Of a stretch of DNA of 41,450 bases, positions 1-7,326 are shown piece after piece. Location of the stretch: NCBI GenBank assembly GCA_964411115.1, contig CAYPJR010000002.1:1-41450 (forward strand), written 5' to 3'. Positions within the stretch are counted from its first letter, which is position 1, and every line of letters begins with the position of its first letter. This stretch comes from an uncultured Candidatus Bathyarchaeia archaeon. Its GTDB lineage: Archaea > Thermoproteota > Bathyarchaeia > Bathyarchaeales > DTEX01. Under the pieces are notes generated by a model that made no database searches, was not told the origin of the DNA, and worked only from the letters and a program-made list of their open reading frames with translations. A program made the translations under genes and the position numbers.

Positions 1-192
1 CTCGTCATACCCCTTATTTTAACGTTTCTTTAAACTTAAGCCTTTTCTATGAAGTTTTCCGGAACTTGAAGATCATCTGCGCGCTATTTATGACTATTGC
101 CCCAATCCCATTAGACTTCTTTGATTAAAGGCCGGAAAGGTGGAAGAAAAACAGCTTAGTTCAAGATGTCCCCCTTGATCTGGGTGGCGAAG

Positions 193-603
193 TTAGCCTG
201 AGCATACTATGGCGCTTTTAAGCCTCTCCGCAGTTTCAATCAGCTCAATTAGAGCCTTTGCATGCGCCTTCATCAAATCGTCCTCATCAGTCTCAGCTAT
301 ATGTTTAAGCGCCTCCTTAAGCGCTTCATAAACTTGTTCATTATATTCTACCTCTATCTTCATAGCTATGCTGCGAAACATTTCCACAGCATCCATGATG
401 AGGCTTACATCTGCACCCTTTGACTCTAAGTACTTTTCGACTTTATCCCCCAACCAGAAGCAGCTACCATAGCTTGCACTATGAACCCAGCGTCCAAACC
501 TTTTATGGGCTTCATCATAGCAATCATAGTCAGGATTCTTATCCCTGCAACTCTCAAACCATTTATCTACAACCTTAACCGTCCATGTAACAGTCATCGT
601 CAA
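193..603 (-). CDS. hypothetical protein, 136 aa, Cys/Trp-rich N-terminal half and helical acidic C-terminal half; no family recognised
   Basis: Uninterrupted 136-codon ORF with an ATG start. It lies downstream of the tRNA-Gly 3' end. I recognise no motif. Confidence 0.4.
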   Translation of the reverse strand: MTMTVTWTVKVVDKWFESCRDKNPDYDCYDEAHKRFGRWVHSASYGSCFWLGDKVEKYLESKGADVSLIMDAVEMFRSIAMKIEVEYNEQVYEALKEALKHIAETDEDDLMKAHAKALIELIETAERLKSAIVCSG

Positions 604-637
604 AGAAAACCGCTTGGCTAGCTCTTAAACTTTTTCC

Positions 638-847
638 TCAGTTTTGGCACATAACCCCTTTTAATTGATTCATAGATGCATAAGTAATCTTTGCTGGTTT
701 ATGGATAAATCTCTTTAGGCTATATGTCTTCGCCTCCTGCATCATAGCCTCAGCAGTCTTAAGGCTTCTAGAATTTTCTAAGGACGCATGGAAGAGCCGC
801 CTCATAAGTACGGCCTTGCGAACATTGGCTCCCGCATGTTCCACCAT
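638..847 (-). CDS. hypothetical small protein, 69 aa; coding status uncertain
   Basis: ORF only. The frame stays open another 13 codons upstream (to a stop at 887-889) with no start codon, so it may be a gene remnant. It overlaps the plus-strand ORF 788-979. Confidence 0.2.
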   Translation of the reverse strand: MVEHAGANVRKAVLMRRLFHASLENSRSLKTAEAMMQEAKTYSLKRFIHKPAKITYASMNQLKGVMCQN

Positions 848-902
848 ATAATCCTTAGGGATGAGTCTAGCCGGGTGAAACGCGCACTAGAACTAGGGGT
901 GA

Positions 903-998
903 TGGTGCGGCCGCCGGGATTCGAACCCGGGATCGCAGGCTTGGAAGGCTTCCACTTATTTTTTATATCTGTGTCCTAACCAGCTAGACGACGGCCGC
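903..998 (-). tRNA. tRNA-Gly (anticodon UCC) with a 19-nt intron at a non-canonical position in the anticodon stem; CCA encoded
   Basis: The reverse complement folds as a cloverleaf. Acceptor GCGGCCG/CGGCCGC, D-arm GTCT-AGCTGGTTA-GGAC, T-arm CCGGG-TTCGAAT-CCCGG, discriminator A plus CCA. The anticodon arm reads CAG[intron ATATAAAAAATAAGTGGAA = 950-968]GC-CTTCCAA-GCCTG, giving anticodon TCC. Confidence 0.9.
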
Positions 999-1061
999 TC
1001 CATATCTCATGATTTTTAGTTTTCCGTGGGTTAATTAATTTTTTGCTGATTTAAACTGTAT

Positions 1062-1970
1062 TTATAGGCGGGATATTTTGAATCTGGGGTGGGTTAGGCT
1101 TGGACGCGTCCCTTCCTCCATTAGTATTTGCCCGTAGGCTGCGTTTATCAGGCTTATTGCTGGAAATATATATTCAGCATCGCTTATTGGTCCGTAAAGC
1201 ACGAAGTCTGCGCTGACCGCTACTGGTAGACCATTTGCAATTGCGGAGCAAACCATCGTTAAAACCTTATCCTTCTTCTCTCTCAGGGATTTCCATGAGG
1301 CTATGGCGTTATGAGCCCCGCATCCCGCGGGGTAGCCTAGATGCTCCTTCACTTCATATATAGCTTTGCATGCCAATCCAAGCGTAGCGATATCCATAAC
1401 AACGGTGTCAATAAGTATCTTCTCTATTCCAGCCGATCTCATCTTAGGAATTAAAACATCTAGAAGCCTAACTCTCTCCCTATAGGAGATTATGGCTTTA
1501 ACACTATATGTAAGCGCAATCGCAGCTTTCAACCCAACTTCCTCAGCCTTACGGTAAATAGCGTCTTTAGTTTCCGGATTTATAGAATTCAAGATTGTCC
1601 TGTCAATTATGCCGAGATCCTTTGCCACATCCATACCTGCGAGAGCAGAGTCCTCGGAAACATAGTCTATGAGAATAGGCATTTTTGTGGCTTCAGCAGC
1701 AAATTCAAGATATTTTCTAGTATTCTCCGGGTTGGAGCAGACAACGTCAAGCATGGCTGGAAGTCCTGTTCTTTCAGAGACTTCCTCAAGCCTATTGATT
1801 AAGCCCTCGGCAGCCTCACGATTAATGACGCCGGATCTCTCATCCTGAACGTTCCTGTCTCCCTTATAGAAGATGCTTCCAATCATAACGGTCGGGTTCA
1901 CGCCCGGCTGCCCGCCGACCTTAACACCTCCTATATCGAAAACCATCTGCTCTTTACTAAACCTAAACAT
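1062..1970 (-). CDS. mtrH: MtrH-family methyltransferase (tetrahydromethanopterin S-methyltransferase subunit H homologue), stand-alone
   Basis: 302 aa. The N-terminus MFRFSKEQMVFDIGGVKVGGQPG and the overall length match my recollection of MtrH proteins. No other mtr subunit is in the window. Confidence 0.75.
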   Translation of the reverse strand: MFRFSKEQMVFDIGGVKVGGQPGVNPTVMIGSIFYKGDRNVQDERSGVINREAAEGLINRLEEVSERTGLPAMLDVVCSNPENTRKYLEFAAEATKMPILIDYVSEDSALAGMDVAKDLGIIDRTILNSINPETKDAIYRKAEEVGLKAAIALTYSVKAIISYRERVRLLDVLIPKMRSAGIEKILIDTVVMDIATLGLACKAIYEVKEHLGYPAGCGAHNAIASWKSLREKKDKVLTMVCSAIANGLPVAVSADFVLYGPISDAEYIFPAISLINAAYGQILMEEGTRPSLTHPRFKISRL

Positions 1971-2160
1971 ATCAGCTACCCACCGCTAAGCGTGCACTAT
2001 TTTGTTTACGACTTATTTAATGCTTGGGCGCACTTAGCATATAAAGTTTGACATCGCTTTCAATAGAAACGATGAGCGGAGTTTCAGCATCTTAAAATTC
2101 AGAAGGGATGAAGGTTATTTTAATACAATTATAAAAAATAATAAATGAAGGTGCATTTGA

Positions 2161-2763
2161 ATGGGTAGAAATGGCTTATTAATTTGTATAGAGGGGCTGG
2201 ACAAAAGCGGAAAAACAACCCAGTCGCTTCTCCTCGTTGATGCTCTCAGAAGCAGGGGTTTAGAAGCCGTATACACAACTGAGCCGAGCGCTGGTGAGAT
2301 TGGAAGCTTCATTAAGAGATACGTTCTGAGAAGGAAGCAGCGTATACCAGCATCTGTGGAAGCCCTTCTTTTCGCAGCCGACAGGGTTGATCATGTGGAA
2401 AGGGAGATAAAACCTATGCTTAAAGAAGGGAAGATAGTTGTTTCAGACAGATATATTTACTCCTCAATAGCGTATCAGGGCGCCGCCGGTCTAGACATAG
2501 AATGGATTAAGGAGATTAATAAAATGGTCTTAGAGCCTGATTTAGCAATATATATAGATGTTCCGTTGGAGGTTATAATGAGAAGGCTTAAGGGAAAGGA
2601 GAGAACAGTTATGGAGCATCCGGATATACAAATGAAGGTTAGGGACATATACGCAACCCTTGTCAAGGAGGGAAAATTGATACCGGTAGATGGAAATCGC
2701 CCGATAAAGAAGGTTTCGTCGCAGATACAGAGAATAGTTCTAGGGCGCTTAGGCATCGAATAA
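2161..2763 (+). CDS. tmk: thymidylate (dTMP) kinase
   Basis: 200 aa. P-loop context ICIEGLDKSGKTTQ and a DRY motif (VSDRYIYSS) are typical of Tmk. An AT-rich TATA-like stretch lies about 25 nt upstream. Confidence 0.9.
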   Translation: MGRNGLLICIEGLDKSGKTTQSLLLVDALRSRGLEAVYTTEPSAGEIGSFIKRYVLRRKQRIPASVEALLFAADRVDHVEREIKPMLKEGKIVVSDRYIYSSIAYQGAAGLDIEWIKEINKMVLEPDLAIYIDVPLEVIMRRLKGKERTVMEHPDIQMKVRDIYATLVKEGKLIPVDGNRPIKKVSSQIQRIVLGRLGIE

Positions 2764-3300
2764 CTGTGAAGGCTTAACCTTAATAGGGTTGATGCCTCTC
2801 CTCATTAGCTCCGAATTTAAATTTTCAATTATGATTTTTATCAGATCCTCAGCGTCTACACGTTGCAATCCCCTTTCATGGAGGACTTGGAGCTCAAAAA
2901 TGTTGCTGCTGAAAAAGAAGCTCATAAGGTAATAATCAAATCTTAGGGCTCTACGTAAGCCATTTACAAGCTTATAGTATCGAATAATGCAAATAAGGTC
3001 AAATCTGCGAGGAGGCTCCCTAATTATCTTCTCCATAAGGGACTTCAAGGTCTCGTCGTCGATGTAGTAGAATGCCGCGTCATCTGCGACGCCAATCTCA
3101 ATTAGGATCTCCAAATTCAGCTCTGAAATGTTTGGCAGACGCTTCTTTAAAGCGCGGCTGGTCAACCTATTAAGGTTGTGCAGCGCATTTAAGATTGCCT
3201 CTTGAAGCTCAATTAATGGGATGTTAAATTCAACTCTGGCAGCGCCGTGATCTGCACTTAAAAAAACTTCGCCTCTTCCAAAAGTTTTTTTGGGCTTCAT
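2749..3300 (-). CDS. hypothetical protein, 183 aa, possible N-terminal winged-helix-like segment; family not recognised
   Basis: ORF whose ATG overlaps the stop of the upstream UPF0148 gene (ATGA at 3297-3300), suggesting translational coupling. Its 3' end overlaps the convergent tmk by 15 nt. Confidence 0.5.
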   Translation of the reverse strand: MKPKKTFGRGEVFLSADHGAARVEFNIPLIELQEAILNALHNLNRLTSRALKKRLPNISELNLEILIEIGVADDAAFYYIDDETLKSLMEKIIREPPRRFDLICIIRYYKLVNGLRRALRFDYYLMSFFFSSNIFELQVLHERGLQRVDAEDLIKIIIENLNSELMRRGINPIKVKPSQLFDA

Positions 3301-3680
3301 CTCCTCAGTTTCCCGATCCTCCTTACTTTCTCAAGATTATCTAGTAGACTTGACATTAAAGCGCTCAGCCTCTGAATCTCCTCAGGGTTATCCTCAATCC
3401 TAAGTTTTTCATTTATTTCCCATATTTTCATTAGAATCGTCGACTCAGCTTGACTGAGCGTTGAGAGAGCCTCAATCTCCTCAGCCTCCTCGCCCTCTCT
3501 GACGACGATAACTTTTTTCCGGCATTGGGCACACCATAAATCTCCACTTTTAAGCCTAAAAACAGGTGAGGAACAAGCTGGGCATGAGAGGTCAGTTAAT
3601 GTGGCGCCGCTTCTTAAGAGGTCAGCCATTAAACGTATTTTATCGCTCTCATCGCTTCCACTTGACAAGTTTAACACCAC
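3297..3680 (-). CDS. UPF0148 / autoantigen-p27 (SSSCA1)-like zinc-ribbon protein
   Basis: 127 aa. MADLLRSGATLTDLSCPACSSPVFRLKSGDLWCAQC is the characteristic CxxC...CxxC ribbon preceded by the LL+GATL motif. A helical acidic tail follows. Confidence 0.7.
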   Translation of the reverse strand: MVLNLSSGSDESDKIRLMADLLRSGATLTDLSCPACSSPVFRLKSGDLWCAQCRKKVIVVREGEEAEEIEALSTLSQAESTILMKIWEINEKLRIEDNPEEIQRLSALMSSLLDNLEKVRRIGKLRR

Positions 3681-3711
3681 ATATTCTTCGATGGCTTGCC
3701 CCTATTAAACG

Positions 3712-3936
3712 TTAACCATCACTGCGTGAGAACTCCAAGGGCTGCTTATCTTTAACCTTGTAGGATTTAACGATCTCAATTGCTTCCCCCACGTTTTTAG
3801 CTCTCGCTAAAATCTTAACTTTTTGAGGGCTTATTTGAATTTGGCATCCGCATCCTAAACATTTAGCGGTCTTCTGCCCCTCTCTTGCATATCTTGCCAA
3901 TCCGCACCTTGGGCAGATAAATATTATATAGCCCAT
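3712..3936 (-). CDS. DUF1922-like small zinc-ribbon protein
   Basis: CPRCG...CLGCGC ribbon followed by a short alpha/beta tail. The ORF track starts at 3963, but the ATG at 3936 is preceded by GGGGTG at SD distance, so I use it. Confidence 0.55.
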   Translation of the reverse strand: MGYIIFICPRCGLARYAREGQKTAKCLGCGCQIQISPQKVKILARAKNVGEAIEIVKSYKVKDKQPLEFSRSDG

Positions 3937-4000
3937 TAACACCGCACCCCTTCGAAGTAGCATATTACCCGGGATTAATTAGTTTTTAAAAGCCCCTTTT

Positions 4001-4984
4001 TTAGATTATTCTGAAAAGCGTAAATCTAAGCACGCCGTTATTATATGTTAGATCAACAACTCTGGGTAGAACGGGAACAGGCAACGCTATATGCTTATAG
4101 AATCTCACATCTTCATGCTCAGCCGCTATGGTAATGTCCCATTCTGAAACCGCTAATTCTATATCTTTCTCCTCAAGCCCAGGCATATAAGCCATAACGA
4201 TAACCCTATCCGGCTCAACGAGAACATCTACGAGGGGCTCCCTAACCCAAGGTGCAACAATCGGCCTATAAACTCTTCTTTCCCGAATCTCCATGATTCT
4301 CCTTCTAGGCTTCAAGTTAAGGGCTTTCACTATGATTAGCCCATAGATGAATCCGCCTATATGAGCCCAGAAGGCCACGCCGGATGTTAAGCCGCTTAAG
4401 GATATTACGCCCATAAGCAGCTGATAAAGAAACCAGAAGCCGAGATAGTAATATGCTGGCACACTAACTATCGTAGCGATGAATAAATAAAATACAAGGG
4501 TTCTTATCCGCGCGTTAGGATATAGAAGCATGTAAGCTCCCAGAACCGCTGATATAGCTCCTGAGGCGCCGACAGCCGGCGTTGTAAGTTCGCTGATCAC
4601 ATATATAATTGGGCTTGTGTAGAGCGATAAAAGCGTGGATAATATATGCATTAAACCTGAAAAAACGCCGCCGACTAGATAGAAGGCTAAATATTTAAAG
4701 TGTCCAAGGGCGTCCTCAACATTATCTCCAAATATCCAGAGGTAAAGCATGTTTCCAAGCAGATGCAATATGTCCGCATGCATAAACATGCTTGTAAATA
4801 AGGTTTCCACCCTCTCCCCGCGGAGAATGAATACTGGGGTGGCTCCGTATTTTTTTATGCTCATCTCGAAAGCGCGGAAACCCTGCAGGTAAAAGAAGAA
4901 GAAGACAATAATGTTTATAATGATCAGCGCATAATTCACGTAGGGTCTTCTTTCAGGTCTATTTTCATCGCGAATCGGGATCAT
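4001..4984 (-). CDS. rhomboid-family intramembrane serine protease with a C-terminal Hsp20/alpha-crystallin-like domain
   Basis: Rhomboid motifs are present: HADILHLLGNMLYLWIFG (TM2), GASGAISAVLGAY (catalytic Ser) and HIGGFIYG (catalytic His). The C-terminal ~85 aa (REPLVDVLVEPDRVIVMAYMPGLEEKDIELAV...ITIAAEHE...FYKHIALPVPV...LTYNNGVLRFTL) follow the ACD pattern. Confidence 0.8.
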   Translation of the reverse strand: MIPIRDENRPERRPYVNYALIIINIIVFFFFYLQGFRAFEMSIKKYGATPVFILRGERVETLFTSMFMHADILHLLGNMLYLWIFGDNVEDALGHFKYLAFYLVGGVFSGLMHILSTLLSLYTSPIIYVISELTTPAVGASGAISAVLGAYMLLYPNARIRTLVFYLFIATIVSVPAYYYLGFWFLYQLLMGVISLSGLTSGVAFWAHIGGFIYGLIIVKALNLKPRRRIMEIRERRVYRPIVAPWVREPLVDVLVEPDRVIVMAYMPGLEEKDIELAVSEWDITIAAEHEDVRFYKHIALPVPVLPRVVDLTYNNGVLRFTLFRII

Positions 4985-6109
4985 TCATCTGCGCTCCAAA
5001 TGATACCTAATTATTCTTTCAACGGTTTTCTTATAGATTTCTATGCTCTTAAGATAATCGGAAATTTCGATATGCTCGTTGGGGGCATGGCTTAAATGTG
5101 AATCGCCAGGCCCATAGGTTGCAACTGGTATATTGAAATGCATCCCAAAAATGTTCATGTCGCCCGTTCCAGTTTTCCTTATAAGCCTCGCCGACCTGCC
5201 AGTTTCCTCAAGGATGGATTTAACCAGCGACTTAATTACTAAACTATCCTTTTTAGCCACGTAAGGTTCAACCCGATCGATGATTTTGAGGTTGATGACG
5301 ATTGAGGATTGAAGGTTTTCTCTCCTGAAGTCCTCTATGGTTTCCTTAACGATTCCTACGCCTTTATCGCATTTTACTGTTGGGGGCAATCTTAAATCGA
5401 TCTTCAATGTGCATACGTCAGGTATACCCCACATTGTTCTGCGGCTTCGGATATCTATAAGCGTCGGCGTCAATGAATAGAAAACTCCAAGCGGCGACTT
5501 GTAATGCTGTTCACATACGCTTTTGAGTTTAATCCATAACTCAAAAGATTTCTCTATAGCGTTGCTTAAGATATGCTGGGCGCCCACGTGCCCACTGATA
5601 GTTGAGCATTCAATTTTAAGAAGTAAGCGTCCCTTATATGCGAACGTTATATTCTCTATGCCGCTTGGTTCGCCGAAAATTGCGTAATCAACCGTTGGTC
5701 CATCGCGTATGAGATGCCTAATCCCCCTAGCCTTCCCCTCCTCGTCGACAACGCATGCAACAATAACTTCGCCGCCAAAATTGGAAATATATGGCTTAAG
5801 ATCTGAAGCCGCCAAAATCATTGCGGCTAATGAGGATTTAGCGTCCACAGCGCCTCTACCATACAATCGTCCATCCTCAATTTTAACCGCGATTCGCCCT
5901 GGAACAGTATCCATATGTCCGCACATTAGAATTTTCGGTGAGCCATCGCCAATCTTACCATAAAGGTTTCCAACCTTATCTCTCCAAACATTATCGAAAT
6001 CTAAATCATTAAGTTTTGCAGTTAGGAAGGACGCTAACTTTTCCTCGCTTCCGCTTGGGCTGTAGATTTCCAGAATGCTCTTCAAGAATTCTACTGGATG
6101 CTGATTCAT
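4985..6109 (-). CDS. lysK: [LysW]-lysine/[LysW]-ornithine hydrolase, M20 peptidase (ArgE/LysK type)
   Basis: 374 aa M20-family pattern (GHMDTV, DEEG, GPG...HAPNEH). It is the last gene of the lysWXYZJK-ordered cluster. Confidence 0.8.
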   Translation of the reverse strand: MNQHPVEFLKSILEIYSPSGSEEKLASFLTAKLNDLDFDNVWRDKVGNLYGKIGDGSPKILMCGHMDTVPGRIAVKIEDGRLYGRGAVDAKSSLAAMILAASDLKPYISNFGGEVIVACVVDEEGKARGIRHLIRDGPTVDYAIFGEPSGIENITFAYKGRLLLKIECSTISGHVGAQHILSNAIEKSFELWIKLKSVCEQHYKSPLGVFYSLTPTLIDIRSRRTMWGIPDVCTLKIDLRLPPTVKCDKGVGIVKETIEDFRRENLQSSIVINLKIIDRVEPYVAKKDSLVIKSLVKSILEETGRSARLIRKTGTGDMNIFGMHFNIPVATYGPGDSHLSHAPNEHIEISDYLKSIEIYKKTVERIIRYHLERR

Positions 6110-6131
6110 GCGCTCACAACTGTAGGATGCT

Positions 6132-7271
6132 TTAACCCGTAATCTTAAGCCTGCTCTCTTCCTCGGTTAAAACCTCCCTTAATACTTCAGTAACCCTATT
6201 AAGCTGCTCTCTGCTGATGACGAGCGGAGGCAGAAAGCGTATTATGTTTCTACCGGAATAAAGCAGTATCACACCCCTCTTGATCGATTCGAGGAGCACG
6301 TTGTAAATGTCGATTCTGGCTTCAAGCCCAATCATTAAACCCAGCCCACGAACCTCCCTAAGAACCCTAAACTCATCAACCATCACCTGCAGAGCCCTCA
6401 TGAATGCATCCCCAAGGATTCTCGCCCTCTCAATAAGATTTTCCTCAATTATAACGTCTATTGTTGCACATGCAGCCGCGCATGCAAGCGGGTTCCCGCC
6501 GAAGGTGCTTGTATGCTCACCAACCTTTAACGAGTCCATTATGTCCTCCCTAGCTATTGTGGCGCCTATGGGTAAGCCGCCGCCCATCGCCTTAGCAACG
6601 CACATTATGTCAGGCTTAACATTCCAATGTTCAGAAGCCCACATGCGCCCTGTGCGTCCAAATCCAGTCTGAACTTCATCGAAAATCAATACTATTTCAT
6701 GCTCATCGCAGATTTTTCTTAAGCCCTCAAGAAAGCCCTGAGGGGCCACGTGGACTCCTCCCTCGCCCTGAATCGGCTCAACAATTACCGCTGCAGTATC
6801 ATTCGTGATGGCTTCCTCAACCCTTTCAAGATTGCCGAAAGGTGCAAACTTAAAGTTTTTATTGATAATCTTCTCGAATGGTTCTCGATATTTCGGGTTC
6901 CATGTGGCTGATAGGGCGCCTAAAGTCTTACCGTGGAAACCTCTAACCATGCTTATAATTTCATGTTTGCCGGTATATTTTACAGCGGCTTTTATGGCGC
7001 ACTCAACGGACTCAGCCCCGCTATTGGACAGAAATATTTTATTTAGCCCCTTAGGAGCTATCTTCGCGATTTTCTCTAAGAGCTCAGCCCTCTTATCATT
7101 GTATAATGAGCCATGGCACGCTACGAGCCTACCGCATTGCTCTTTTATGGCTCTTACAACCTTCGGATGGCAGTGCCCCACTAAGCTTACGCCGTAGCCG
7201 CCCATGCAGTCTATGTATGCCCTGCCGTTTACATCGTATAATATTGCCCCTTCACCTCTGACGGCGCACAC
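6132..7271 (-). CDS. lysJ: [LysW]-aminoadipate semialdehyde / acetylornithine aminotransferase (class III PLP); true start probably upstream of the GTG at 7271
   Basis: VRGEG...YIDCMGG, DEVQTGFGRTG and a class-III aminotransferase layout. The frame is open and conserved-looking up to 7343 (see finding). Confidence 0.85.
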   Translation of the reverse strand: MCAVRGEGAILYDVNGRAYIDCMGGYGVSLVGHCHPKVVRAIKEQCGRLVACHGSLYNDKRAELLEKIAKIAPKGLNKIFLSNSGAESVECAIKAAVKYTGKHEIISMVRGFHGKTLGALSATWNPKYREPFEKIINKNFKFAPFGNLERVEEAITNDTAAVIVEPIQGEGGVHVAPQGFLEGLRKICDEHEIVLIFDEVQTGFGRTGRMWASEHWNVKPDIMCVAKAMGGGLPIGATIAREDIMDSLKVGEHTSTFGGNPLACAAACATIDVIIEENLIERARILGDAFMRALQVMVDEFRVLREVRGLGLMIGLEARIDIYNVLLESIKRGVILLYSGRNIIRFLPPLVISREQLNRVTEVLREVLTEEESRLKITG

Positions 7272-7326
7272 TGGAAATTTCTGGTAGAACCTTGCGGAGA
7301 GAGAATCTTCTATTGCGAATGCTTCT

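Noticed and set aside
1985-2038. Imperfect inverted repeat GCTAAGCGTGC ... GCGCACTTAGC in the mtrH/tmk divergent intergenic region.
   Set aside because: Only GCTAAG/CTTAGC pairs perfectly. The rest has a mismatch and a wobble across a 32-nt loop. That is too weak to call an operator or RNA structure.
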